Made by a program: the position numbers and the translations under genes. This document shows, in pieces, positions 39,091 to 49,041 of a stretch of DNA of 64,000 bases; position 1 is the stretch's first letter; each line of letters begins with the position of its first letter. Under the pieces are notes generated by a model. That model saw only the letters and a list, made by a program, of their open reading frames with translations, searched no databases and was not told the origin of the DNA. The stretch is from an uncultured Pelagibacteraceae bacterium. GTDB lineage: Bacteria; Pseudomonadota; Alphaproteobacteria; Pelagibacterales; Pelagibacteraceae. The stretch covers positions 18,143 to 82,142 of the forward strand of contig CACPEZ010000004.1 in assembly GCA_902633125.1 (NCBI GenBank), read 5' to 3'.

Positions 39091-40347
39091 ATGCAGAAAT
39101 ATTCAGTATTTAGTCTAATCAAAAATGCTTTCTCCAATCACCAAAATTGGGAAGTTGCTTGGAAAGATCCAACTCCAAAAAGTGAATATGATGTAGTCAT
39201 CATTGGAGGTGGAGGACACGGTCTTGCTACTGCATATTATTTAGCAAAAGAACATAATATTAGAAATGTAGCTATCATTGAGAAAGGCTGGATTGGTGGT
39301 GGAAATGTTGGTCGAAATACAACGATCATAAGATCAAATTTTATGTACGATGCTAATGCAAGATTTAATGAATTTGGAATGGATTTGTGGAGAAACTTAA
39401 GTCAAGAACTGAACTTTAATGTGATGTTTTCTCCAAGGGGAATAATAAACTTAGCCCACTCAGATGCTCAAATGAATGCATATGCTCGTAGAGGAAACTC
39501 TATGAGATTAAATGGAATAGATGCAAAGTTATTGGATAGAGACGAAGTTAAAAAATTAATTCCAATGGCAGACTTTAGTGATGAAGTACGTTTCCCAATC
39601 TTTGGTGGTTTAATGCAACCAAGTGCTGGTACCGCAAGACATGATGCTGTTGCCTGGGGTTATGCGCGTCAAGCAGATGATATGGGAGTAGATATAATAC
39701 AACATTGTGAAGTCACTGGTTTTGATGTTGTAAATGGAAAAATAAAAGGAATTAGAACTTCAAGAGGAGATATTAAAGCAAAAAAAGTTGGATTATGTGT
39801 TGCAGGTAGCACAAATATATTAGCTGAAAAATTAAATATGACACTGCCAATAGAAACTCATGTACTGCAAGCTTGTGTTTCAGAACCTGTAAAACCATTA
39901 TTAGACGGAGTAGTAACTTTTGGTGCAGGCCACTTTTATATAAGTCAATCAGACAAAGGTGAGATGGTAATGGGTGGTGATCTTGATGGATATAATAGTT
40001 ATGCTCAAAGAGGTAACTTGCCAACTATACAACATGTATTGACAGGTGGCTTAGCTTTGTTTCCATTTTTAAGTAGATTAAAAATGTTAAGGACATGGGG
40101 AGGGATCATGGATATGTCAATGGATGGTTCTCCAATAATTGATAAAACTCATATTGAAGGTTTATATTTAAACTGCGGATGGTGTTATGGAGGTTTTAAA
40201 TCAACTCCTGTCTCAGGTTGGACATTTGCTCACACAATTGCGCAAGATCAAGTTCATGAATTAAATTCAGAATTAAGATTAAATAGATTTTCTACAGGCC
40301 ATCTTTTAGATGAAAAAGGTTTAGGAACTAAAACCTGGATTGGTTAA
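39091..40347 (+). CDS. soxB: Heterotetrameric sarcosine oxidase beta subunit / N-methylglutamate dehydrogenase A (MgdA-like)
   Basis: GGGGHGLATAYYLAKEH, GGNVGRNTTIIRSN, ARHDAVAWGYAR, GWCYGGFK. Confidence 0.9.
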   Translation: MQKYSVFSLIKNAFSNHQNWEVAWKDPTPKSEYDVVIIGGGGHGLATAYYLAKEHNIRNVAIIEKGWIGGGNVGRNTTIIRSNFMYDANARFNEFGMDLWRNLSQELNFNVMFSPRGIINLAHSDAQMNAYARRGNSMRLNGIDAKLLDRDEVKKLIPMADFSDEVRFPIFGGLMQPSAGTARHDAVAWGYARQADDMGVDIIQHCEVTGFDVVNGKIKGIRTSRGDIKAKKVGLCVAGSTNILAEKLNMTLPIETHVLQACVSEPVKPLLDGVVTFGAGHFYISQSDKGEMVMGGDLDGYNSYAQRGNLPTIQHVLTGGLALFPFLSRLKMLRTWGGIMDMSMDGSPIIDKTHIEGLYLNCGWCYGGFKSTPVSGWTFAHTIAQDQVHELNSELRLNRFSTGHLLDEKGLGTKTWIG

Positions 40348-40350
40348 AAA

Positions 40351-40620
40351 ATGTTATACATCAAATGTCCTTATTGCGGTTTAAGAGCACAAAAAGAATT
40401 TTCATATGGAGGTGATGCAACTGTAAAAAGACCTAATATAAATGAAGAAGTATCAAGCGAGGATTGGGATAATTTTGTTTATATGAGAAAAAGTCCAAGA
40501 GGGAAACATATAGAGTTATGGCAACATATAGCTGGATGTAGACAATGGATAAAGGTGCAAAGAGACACCGCTACACATGAAATTTTCCAAACAGCAAAAG
40601 TCACAGAAGAAATAAGATGA
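40351..40620 (+). CDS. soxD: Sarcosine oxidase delta subunit (MgdB-like)
   Basis: CPYCGLR...EF-YGG, WQHIAGCRQW, RDTATHE zinc site. Confidence 0.92.
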   Translation: MLYIKCPYCGLRAQKEFSYGGDATVKRPNINEEVSSEDWDNFVYMRKSPRGKHIELWQHIAGCRQWIKVQRDTATHEIFQTAKVTEEIR

Positions 40621-43613
40621 GCCAACCATTTAGATTAAATAAAGAGGGATTAATTAATCGAAACAAAAAAATATCTTTTACTTTTAATGGTAAAAAATTA
40701 TTTGGATATGAGGGAGATACAATTGCATCTGCTTTGATTGCAAATGGAATACATTTAGTTGGTAGAAGTTTTAAATATCATAGACCAAGAGGTTTTTTTG
40801 GAGCAGGAGTAGAGGAACCAAACGCAAAGCTTCAAGTAGAATTCAATGGTCATTCAGAGCCAAATGTTAATGCAACAGAAATGGAACTCGTTGAAGGTTT
40901 GTCCGCAACAAGCCAAAATTGTTGGCCATCAGTAAATTTTGATATTGGTGCAATTAATAATTTTTTAAAAATGTTTTTCCCGGCAGGGTTTTATTACAAA
41001 ACATTTATGTGGCCTAAAAGTTTCTGGTATAAAATTTACGAACCTTTCATTAGAAAAGCCGCAGGATTAGGGGTTGCTTCGATAGAAAAAGATAAAGAAC
41101 GATATGAACATAAATTTGAGTATTGCGATTTATTAGTTACTGGATCTGGACCCTCTGGATTAGCAAGTGCTTATGCTGCTGCAAAAAATGGAGCAAAAGT
41201 AATTTTAGCTGAGGATAAACCAAGATTTGGAGGAACACTTTTAACCGATGATGTAAGCATCGATAACTTATCAGGAAAAGATTGGGCAGAAAAAATAATT
41301 ACTGAATTAAAATCTATGCCCAATGTCACTGTAAAAAATAGATCTCAAGTTTTTGGTTATTATGATCATAACATGCTGGTAATGTTTGAGAGAGTTAGTG
41401 ATCATTTAGAGAAAAAATCAAAATTCACCCCAAGACAAAGACTTTGGTATATTAGAGCCAAAGAAACAATTTTATCAACTGGTTCAATTGAAAGACCAAT
41501 TGTGTTCGGCAACAATGATACTCCAGGAATTTTTTTATCAGCAGCTGCAAAAGAATATATGAAAGTCTATGGAGTATTGGTTGGAAAGAAACCTTTAATA
41601 TTCACAAATAACGATAGTGCATATGAAACAGCTTTAGAGTTCAAAAAAAATAATGTTGAACCAATTATATTAGATACAAGAGAAGAACATTCATCAGAAT
41701 TAATTGATGAAGCTAAATCAAAGGGAATTGATATAAGATTTTCTCACGGTGTTATTGTTGCTAATGGTTACAAAAAAGTTAAATCTGCAAAAATTGGCAA
41801 ACTGAATAAAGATAAAAATTCTTTTGGGAAAATAGAAACTGTAGATTGTGATTGTATTTGTGTGTCTGGATTTTGGACACCATCTGTACATTTAGCATCA
41901 CAGTCAGGAAATAAACTTAAGTATGAAGAAAAAATTGATGCATTTATTCCAGATAAGAAAAAACAACATGAGACCTCAGTCGGTGCAGCAAATGGATCAT
42001 TTACATTAGAAGAAAGTTTAAAACATGGTTTTGAAAATGGTTCAAATCTTTCCGCAAAAATTACAGAGACTAAAACAGAAATCTCAATTCCAAATGTAAA
42101 TGAAAAGAAATACGGAGCTCATGATAAATTTTGGTGTATGCCGTTACCTAAGAATGAAAATCCAAAAAGATTTGTTGATTTTCAAAATGATGTATCTGTT
42201 TCTGATATAGAAATCGCACTAAGAGAAGGCTACAGATCAATAGAGCATGTTAAAAGATACACAACTCTTGGAATGGCAACAGATCAAGGCCGTACAAGTA
42301 ATTTAAATGGCCTTCAGTTGGTATCTAATATAGAAAATAAAATAGTTCCTGAAGTGGGACACACAACTTTTAGACCACCTTTCACACCAATTACAATCGG
42401 GACAATAGTTGGTCGTGAAGTAGGTATGGAATATATGCCGACTAGAAAAACCCCAATGCATGAATGGCATGAGAAAAATAATGCTGTATTTGTTGATGCA
42501 GGTGCTTGGAAAAGACCTCGATATTATAAGCTAGGAAGTGAAACTTTATTTGAAGCTTCAAAGAGAGAGGCAAAAAATGTTAGAGAGAATGTTGGTATAT
42601 GCGATGTAACTACATTAGGAAAAATTGATATTAAAGGTCCAGACGCAGCAGAATTTTTAAATAGAGTTTATACAAATGCTTGGATGAAATTACCTGTTGG
42701 AAAAGCAAGATATGGATTGATGCTTAGAGAAGATGGAATTGTCATGGACGATGGAACAACAACAAGAATTTCAGAAAATCATTATCATATGACAACAACA
42801 ACTGCACAAGCTGCAAATGTTTTATCTCACTTAGAATATTATCTTCAAATTGTTTGGCCAGAATTAAATGTAAATGTTGTCTCTACAACTGAGCAATGGG
42901 CAGGGGCTGCAATTGCTGGACCTAAATCTAGAGACATGTTATCAAAATTATATCCGGACTTAGACGTATCAAATGAAGCTTTGCCTTTTATGGGCTATAA
43001 AGAAGCAGAATTTTTTGGTGTTCCATCAAGAATTTTTAGAATTTCATTTTCTGGTGAGCTTGCATATGAGATTAATGTCAAATCAGATCATGGAATGTTC
43101 ATGTGGGAGAAAATGATGGAAGTAGGAAAAGATTTTGGAAATCAGCCTTATGGAACTGAAGCTTTGTCAACATTAAGAATAGAAATGGGACACGTTGCAG
43201 GGCCAGAATTAGATGGTCGAACAATCCCATCAGATGTTTCATTAAATGGATTAGTTTCAAAGAAAAAAGATTTTATCGGCAAAAATTCTTTAGGGAGAGA
43301 AGCATTTAATGTTGAGAGCAGACAAAAAATTGTTGGACTTATTCCAATTGATAGAAAGTCTAGTATTCCTGAAGGATCTCATATCGTCCAAGATCAGAAT
43401 GCAAAATTACCAAACCCTAAACTTGGTCACGTTTCTTCTTCTTGTTGGAGTGTAGAAAATAATAATCCATTTTCTCTGGCAATAATGAAAGATGGAAAAA
43501 ATATGATAGGTAAAAAGTTTTTTGCGGTATCACCATTAAAAAATAAATCAATTGAAGTAGAAGTTATATCTTCACATTATGTTGACCCTGAAGGAAAAAG
43601 AGTTAGATCATGA
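40617..43613 (+). CDS. soxA: Sarcosine oxidase alpha subunit (MgdC-like)
   Basis: GDTIASAL, RSFKYHRPRG, GFYYKTFMWP, KRYTTLGMATDQG, C-terminal GcvT-like folate-binding domain (RISFSGELAYE). Confidence 0.94.
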   Translation: MSQPFRLNKEGLINRNKKISFTFNGKKLFGYEGDTIASALIANGIHLVGRSFKYHRPRGFFGAGVEEPNAKLQVEFNGHSEPNVNATEMELVEGLSATSQNCWPSVNFDIGAINNFLKMFFPAGFYYKTFMWPKSFWYKIYEPFIRKAAGLGVASIEKDKERYEHKFEYCDLLVTGSGPSGLASAYAAAKNGAKVILAEDKPRFGGTLLTDDVSIDNLSGKDWAEKIITELKSMPNVTVKNRSQVFGYYDHNMLVMFERVSDHLEKKSKFTPRQRLWYIRAKETILSTGSIERPIVFGNNDTPGIFLSAAAKEYMKVYGVLVGKKPLIFTNNDSAYETALEFKKNNVEPIILDTREEHSSELIDEAKSKGIDIRFSHGVIVANGYKKVKSAKIGKLNKDKNSFGKIETVDCDCICVSGFWTPSVHLASQSGNKLKYEEKIDAFIPDKKKQHETSVGAANGSFTLEESLKHGFENGSNLSAKITETKTEISIPNVNEKKYGAHDKFWCMPLPKNENPKRFVDFQNDVSVSDIEIALREGYRSIEHVKRYTTLGMATDQGRTSNLNGLQLVSNIENKIVPEVGHTTFRPPFTPITIGTIVGREVGMEYMPTRKTPMHEWHEKNNAVFVDAGAWKRPRYYKLGSETLFEASKREAKNVRENVGICDVTTLGKIDIKGPDAAEFLNRVYTNAWMKLPVGKARYGLMLREDGIVMDDGTTTRISENHYHMTTTTAQAANVLSHLEYYLQIVWPELNVNVVSTTEQWAGAAIAGPKSRDMLSKLYPDLDVSNEALPFMGYKEAEFFGVPSRIFRISFSGELAYEINVKSDHGMFMWEKMMEVGKDFGNQPYGTEALSTLRIEMGHVAGPELDGRTIPSDVSLNGLVSKKKDFIGKNSLGREAFNVESRQKIVGLIPIDRKSSIPEGSHIVQDQNAKLPNPKLGHVSSSCWSVENNNPFSLAIMKDGKNMIGKKFFAVSPLKNKSIEVEVISSHYVDPEGKRVRS

Positions 43614-44188
43614 AAAATGTTTCTGCACTAGAAAATATTCATAAACATGGATTGTTTGGCAATCACGATAGTAAAGATGAGCTAATAAATATTAGAGAAA
43701 TCAAGGATGTTTTGATTTATCAAATTGTTAAATATAAAAAATCTTCAATTAGTATTGATAAAATAAAAATAGATAATTTAAATTTACCTGAGACACTCTT
43801 GGTATCTTCAAATACTAATACAAGAATTTTATGGATGGGACCTGATAATTGGTTGGTCGTTTCAACGAATAAAGAAATAGAAAAATCTATTTTAGAAAAC
43901 CTAAGTCATGATGATTTTGCATTAACTGATCTATCTCATTCAAGAACAATACTTGAATTAGAAGGTTCTTTGGTAGATGAAGTATTGAAAAAGGGTTGTC
44001 CGTTAAATTTAGATGGTCTTGATGAAGGAAAATGTTCTAATTCTGCTTTTCATGCAATCACAATAACTATTGATTTTATTAGTTCAAATCCAAGAAAAGT
44101 AAGAATATTTGCTTTGAGAAGTTTTGGAGAATCTCTTTATCATTCAATAACTGATGCTTGTTTAGAATTTGGCTATAAAGCTGAATAA
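43610..44188 (+). CDS. soxG: Sarcosine oxidase gamma subunit (MgdD-like)
   Basis: LWMGPDNW, TDLSHSR, LKKGCPLNL, RSFGES. Last gene of soxBDAG. Confidence 0.88.
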   Translation: MKNVSALENIHKHGLFGNHDSKDELINIREIKDVLIYQIVKYKKSSISIDKIKIDNLNLPETLLVSSNTNTRILWMGPDNWLVVSTNKEIEKSILENLSHDDFALTDLSHSRTILELEGSLVDEVLKKGCPLNLDGLDEGKCSNSAFHAITITIDFISSNPRKVRIFALRSFGESLYHSITDACLEFGYKAE

Positions 44189-44191
44189 AAA

Positions 44192-45808
44192 TTATTCTGA
44201 AGTTTTAAATTTAGTCTTTTGAATTATAACCACAAACACAATTGGAATTATTAAAGTTATTAGTGTTACTGTTATCAACAAAATACCTAGATCTGAATAA
44301 TCGGCAGTGGTAAGAATAGCGTTTGTTACCTTATCTTTTACTTCTCTAGTAATAACATAAATTTCATTTAAATATTTAGTCCCTAAAGCACTTGCTGATA
44401 AAGCAAGATTTGTAAAAGATGCGAATACTGCAAAGAAAGTTGCTTTTAAGTGCGACGGAGCATTTTTAGCAATCCATGCAAGCAAAGGTATCATTGAGAC
44501 TTGTCCCAAAGGTGACTCAAGTGCAGTATTTAATATTGCAATAAACTTGGCATCAACAACTCCATTAGTAATTGATGATGTCCAATTGTGAAATCCATAA
44601 TACATACCAACACTTGGTAAAAATAAAATTGCACCTGCAATGGATAAAATCACTATTATTTTAGCTATTGAGTTGTTTGCCATAAATGGTCTTAATAAGA
44701 TAATCCCTACAAGGGTTAAAACTGAAGCAATAAGTGATAACACTGAAAAAAATTGTTCATTGAATTCAAGTACATCAATTTCAAACCAAGATAAACCTGG
44801 ACCAGGTCCTGGCATTGCTCTAAAAATAAAAATTATTATTGCTGTCCCTACAACAGTAAGTCTTAAATCTTGAGGAAGTTCTTTAACTAATTTATTCATT
44901 AAAAATAGAATAATTGCCATTGAACCTACAAAAACAATTTCTTGAGCAAATGGCACTTTGAATGATCCAATGCCTAAAGTGAAAATAACAAAAACTAAAC
45001 TTCCACCTAATATCCACCAGTTTACTTCAGTTTTCTCTGAAGGAGCATAATCTTGGTCACCCTTATGACCTTGTTCAATAAGTTTTCTTTTCTTTTGATT
45101 TTTTAAATATGAAGCGAGAAATATTCCAAGAACGGATACAATTGGTATAATTAAAGCATATATATAAATTGAACCGTATAAACTTATCTTATCTGCTTGT
45201 TCAAGATCGTCTACTCCTTTAAAGAGGATAACGTTAGCTAAAGCAACTAAAACAGTTCCACCAATTATTGCAAATCTTCCAAGAGTTTGCATTGTTGTAT
45301 GCATAAGTTTGATTTCATCTCTTGAAAATTTATTTCCACTATCATCAACTAAAGGAACTGCTTCTACAGTCATAGCATCGGCTACAACATCTTGCACCAC
45401 ATAACCAATCGGAGCAAGCAAAACACTGATCACAAACCATGTTTCTACTGAAAGAATTGAGGACATCCATTCAGTATGAATTATTAAACCGTACATTATA
45501 ATTAAACTTAATGAGATTAAGGATGCTCCAACAAAAACCATGTAATTTTTTTTATTCCAGATTAGATCAACAAGATGACCTAAAGGCATCTTCAATGCCC
45601 ATGGAATTCCAGCCCAAAAACCCAGTCCAGCAAGAAAAGCAGCAGATAAGTTTAGATAGTCTTTAACAAAAAAAGTTCCAACAATACCTGTTAGTCCTGA
45701 AATACCAGCAGCAAGATAAATCATCAATGGTGGTAGATAGGTCCACTTAAACTGTCTTCCTAAATCTATTAAAGTACTATCTATAAATCTCAAAATTTTA
45801 TTACTCAT
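44192..45808 (-). CDS. MFS transporter, folate/biopterin (BT1)-like family
   Basis: About 12-13 TM helices, PWALKMPLG, QDVVADAM, ATFFAVFASFTN, resembling BT1/FBT motifs. Confidence 0.7.
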   Translation of the reverse strand: MSNKILRFIDSTLIDLGRQFKWTYLPPLMIYLAAGISGLTGIVGTFFVKDYLNLSAAFLAGLGFWAGIPWALKMPLGHLVDLIWNKKNYMVFVGASLISLSLIIMYGLIIHTEWMSSILSVETWFVISVLLAPIGYVVQDVVADAMTVEAVPLVDDSGNKFSRDEIKLMHTTMQTLGRFAIIGGTVLVALANVILFKGVDDLEQADKISLYGSIYIYALIIPIVSVLGIFLASYLKNQKKRKLIEQGHKGDQDYAPSEKTEVNWWILGGSLVFVIFTLGIGSFKVPFAQEIVFVGSMAIILFLMNKLVKELPQDLRLTVVGTAIIIFIFRAMPGPGPGLSWFEIDVLEFNEQFFSVLSLIASVLTLVGIILLRPFMANNSIAKIIVILSIAGAILFLPSVGMYYGFHNWTSSITNGVVDAKFIAILNTALESPLGQVSMIPLLAWIAKNAPSHLKATFFAVFASFTNLALSASALGTKYLNEIYVITREVKDKVTNAILTTADYSDLGILLITVTLITLIIPIVFVVIIQKTKFKTSE

Positions 45809-45811
45809 AAA

Positions 45812-46252
45812 TTATTCTGTTAAATTTAATAATATTAATCCATTTTGTTTAGTTTCTTTACACCAAAGTTCATAACTTTCACAAACTCTCCACAAATGAT
45901 CAAATGCTCTTTGAGATAATTCCAAAGGAAAGTGACTTTTTGCATAATATAATTTTGGGATTTTCATTAATTGTTTAATCATAGTATCTTTTTGTATTTG
46001 TAAAAGTCTTATAGTTTCTTGATTAATCTTTTTTTTTGTAGATTTATCTACGTAGTCATTGCTCTCAAGTTCTTTAAACCATTTATCATGAAAATTTCCT
46101 GAACTAATTTCATTATAATCATCTGATGCAATAAATATTTCAAAAGCTTGAATATTAGTTAAATTTGGATTTTTAATCTTGATTTCATATATCTTTCGAT
46201 AAATGATTTCAGCAACATATAATACAAATGGTCTTGATTTATCGGCTTCCAA
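45812..46252 (-). CDS. Hypothetical protein
   Basis: TTG start preceded by GAGGAG RBS. Fills the gap between same-strand genes. Confidence 0.7.
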   Translation of the reverse strand: MEADKSRPFVLYVAEIIYRKIYEIKIKNPNLTNIQAFEIFIASDDYNEISSGNFHDKWFKELESNDYVDKSTKKKINQETIRLLQIQKDTMIKQLMKIPKLYYAKSHFPLELSQRAFDHLWRVCESYELWCKETKQNGLILLNLTE

Positions 46253-46262
46253 ACTAAACTCC

Positions 46263-46733
46263 TCAAATGTCTACTGAATAATAGCACGAATTAGGATCAT
46301 CTTTATAGTGCGCAAAAGGCCCACACTCTTTAAAACCAAAACTTTTAAAAAGTTTTCTAGCGGGCGCAAAAAAATCACCCGCACCAGTTTCGACACTTAG
46401 TTTAGTAATTCCTATTTGTTTAGATTTTTCAATAAGATGTGAAATTATTTTTCCACCATATTTTTTATTTCTAAATTTATCTGAAACTCTTATAGATTTA
46501 AATTCTCCATGCGTTTCATCAAATAATTTTAAAGCTCCACAACCAATTAATTCATTATTTTCCCACAAACTCCAGAATTTTATACTTGGATCCTTTAATC
46601 CAGGTATATCTAATACATGCGAACTCCCCTCAGGAGAAACTGATCTCAATTCAGTAAAATGCTTAGTTAGCAACTCATTTACTTGCGGATCATCAAAATT
46701 ATTTTCTATTGATTTCATAGTTTCGAAAAACAT
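46263..46733 (-). CDS. GNAT acetyltransferase (YsnE-like)
   Basis: SPEGSSHVLD, GCGALK, GEFKSIR, LSVETG, ARKLF..FGF..CGPF..Y..DPNS. Confidence 0.88.
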   Translation of the reverse strand: MFFETMKSIENNFDDPQVNELLTKHFTELRSVSPEGSSHVLDIPGLKDPSIKFWSLWENNELIGCGALKLFDETHGEFKSIRVSDKFRNKKYGGKIISHLIEKSKQIGITKLSVETGAGDFFAPARKLFKSFGFKECGPFAHYKDDPNSCYYSVDI

Positions 46734-46769
46734 ATAATCTAAATTTAGATTAAACCAAGAAAATTAAAT

Positions 46770-47393
46770 ATGTGTGGAAGATACGTAATAACTAGCCCCG
46801 TTACAAAAACAAAAAAACTTGTTAAGTCAGCTATACAAGTTGAAGATAATGAAAATTATAATGCACATCCATTTCAAAAATTACCTGTAATTAAAAAATA
46901 TAATAATGGAAATACTCTAGAAAATTTAAAGTGGGGAGTAGTACCTAGCTGGGCTAAGCAAAAAGATTTTAAACCTTTAATAAATGCAAGACTAGAAACT
47001 ATAGATGAAAAAGTGTCTTTCAAAAAATTAATTCGACTACATAGATGTGTAGCTGTAGCAGATGGTTTTTATGAGTGGAAAAGAGAAAAAGAAAATAAAA
47101 CACCTTATTATTTTTTAAGAGAGGATAAAAAGCTTATGTATTTAGCGGCTATTTATGACAACGATCAATTTTGTTTAATAACCGAGGATGCAGATGAAAA
47201 TATTAAAGAAATACATCATAGACAGCCTGTTATAATCAATGAAAATGATGTTAATAGATATTTAAATCTTGAATTAACAGGATCGAGTTTTCTGAAAGAG
47301 TGTAAAAAAACAAAATTAAACTTTCATGAAGTTTCAAAGGAAGTTAACAAACCTACAAACAATAATATTTCTTTGATCCAAACAATTTCTTAA
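46770..47393 (+). CDS. SOS response-associated peptidase (SRAP/YedK/HMCES abasic-site protector)
   Basis: N-terminal MCGRY, INARLET, GFYEW, IHHRQPVI. Confidence 0.92.
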   Translation: MCGRYVITSPVTKTKKLVKSAIQVEDNENYNAHPFQKLPVIKKYNNGNTLENLKWGVVPSWAKQKDFKPLINARLETIDEKVSFKKLIRLHRCVAVADGFYEWKREKENKTPYYFLREDKKLMYLAAIYDNDQFCLITEDADENIKEIHHRQPVIINENDVNRYLNLELTGSSFLKECKKTKLNFHEVSKEVNKPTNNNISLIQTIS

Positions 47394-47395
47394 AA

Positions 47396-48439
47396 CTATT
47401 TTTCTATAGTTGTTAAATGTCCCATTTTCCTTTTAGCTTTAACTTCTTTTTTTAAATAATCATAAAAAAATTCATTTTCTTTAAATTTTTTATTTTTATA
47501 TTCTAATATATCTTCACCAATCAAATTAAGCATTTTTGCATTATAAATTTTTTTTGTTTCTAATTTTTCAAGTCCACATACAGCTCTTATATGATTTTCA
47601 AATTGGCTAATGTTATGTGAATTTATAGTTAGGTGTCCAGAATTATGTACTCTTGGTGCAACTTCATTAGCATATAAATTATTATTTTTATCTATAAAGA
47701 ATTCAACGCACATAGTACCAATATAATCAAGCTCTTCAGCCACTGTTTTTGCCCAGTCCAATGCTTTATTTTTAATTTCATCACTTATATCAGCGGGAAT
47801 TTTGGAGTGTTTTAAAATCTGGTCTTCATGATAATTTTCGATTGGATCATAGATTTCATATTTTTGGTGACCAAATCTTGTAACTACTACTGAAATTTCT
47901 TTTTTTAAATTTACTATCTTTTCTAAGATATAGCCTTTTGAAAAATCAAAATTTTCATTTAAATCATTTGCATTATCTATTTTATATTGACCCTTTCCAT
48001 CATAACCAAGTGTACAAGTTTTCAATAAACCAGGTATTAATCTATCGTTTATTTTTATATCATCTAAATCGTTAATACTTACAAACTGTGTTGTAGTTAT
48101 ATTGTTTTTATTCAAAAACTCTTTTTCAGTCATTCTATTTTGAATTAATTTATTTATTTCGGGGCTTGGTAATACAGATTTGGTTTCATTAATTTTTTTC
48201 AATATATCGTATGGGATATTTTCAAATTCGTAAGTAACAAGATCAACTTTTTCTAAAAAGTTATTGATAATATTAATGTCTTGATAGTCTCCATAAATAA
48301 ATTCATCTGCAAAATTGATTGCGGGTGCATCTTTATCATCTGATAAAATAACCGTTTTAATATTAAGTTTTTTTGCTGCAGATGCTAATAGACTTCCTAA
48401 TTGTCCACCACCTATTATTCCTAGATCAGGTTTAGACAT
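47396..48439 (-). CDS. purK: 5-(carboxyamino)imidazole ribonucleotide synthase
   Basis: GIIGGGQLG, TYEFENI, GYDGKGQ, NEVAPRVHNSGH, SQFENHIRA, RKMGH. Confidence 0.96.
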   Translation of the reverse strand: MSKPDLGIIGGGQLGSLLASAAKKLNIKTVILSDDKDAPAINFADEFIYGDYQDINIINNFLEKVDLVTYEFENIPYDILKKINETKSVLPSPEINKLIQNRMTEKEFLNKNNITTTQFVSINDLDDIKINDRLIPGLLKTCTLGYDGKGQYKIDNANDLNENFDFSKGYILEKIVNLKKEISVVVTRFGHQKYEIYDPIENYHEDQILKHSKIPADISDEIKNKALDWAKTVAEELDYIGTMCVEFFIDKNNNLYANEVAPRVHNSGHLTINSHNISQFENHIRAVCGLEKLETKKIYNAKMLNLIGEDILEYKNKKFKENEFFYDYLKKEVKAKRKMGHLTTIEK

Positions 48440-48442
48440 TAA

Positions 48443-48937
48443 TTACTTTGGTTTTTTTTTTACTTTCGATGTTTGTTTTTTTCGCCAATTTAAAAGTGTT
48501 TTTTTTACATTGTTATCATACGTAGCTATAATTGAGGCAGCATATAAACCAGCATTGATCGCACCATCTTCTCCAATAGCAACTGTACCAACAGGAATTC
48601 CTTTTGGCATTTGAGCAATTGATAGTAGGCTATCTAAACCTTTTAACTTTTTACTTTCAATGGGAACACCTATGACTGGAATTCTAGTTATAGCAGCAAT
48701 CATACCAGGTAAATGTGCTGATCCTCCGGCCCCAGCAATAATAATAGAAATATTATTATTTTCTGCTTTCTTTGCATAGGTATAAAGTCTATCAGGCGTT
48801 CTGTGTGCAGAGACGATATTTGTCTCATAATTAACTTTTAAAATCTTAAGAACTTTTAAACAATTTTTCATTGTTTTGTAATCAGACTGACTGCCCATTA
48901 CAATTGATACTTTATGTGATTTTTTTTTGTATTTCAT
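48443..48937 (-). CDS. purE: 5-(carboxyamino)imidazole ribonucleotide mutase
   Basis: MGSQSD, VSAHRTP, AGAGGSAHLPGM, GLDSLLSIAQMPKGIPVGTVAIG. Confidence 0.97.
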   Translation of the reverse strand: MKYKKKSHKVSIVMGSQSDYKTMKNCLKVLKILKVNYETNIVSAHRTPDRLYTYAKKAENNNISIIIAGAGGSAHLPGMIAAITRIPVIGVPIESKKLKGLDSLLSIAQMPKGIPVGTVAIGEDGAINAGLYAASIIATYDNNVKKTLLNWRKKQTSKVKKKPK

Positions 48938-49041
48938 GAAACCAATATCAATTTACAGATATTTCCCTTAAATTGCAATTTTTAGCTAAGGACAGTTTAA
49001 GTTAGTGACAATCATAATAATAATAATAGTGTATACCAAAT

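Noticed and set aside
46770-47393. SRAP gene as a marker of a prophage or mutagenesis cassette
   Set aside because: No umuDC/imuABC or phage genes adjacent; it appears to be a stand-alone DNA-protection gene.
48970-49028. AAATTGCAATTT palindrome and (TAA)n run in the purE-dipeptidase gap
   Set aside because: Short and low-complexity, with no second copy supporting a regulatory role.
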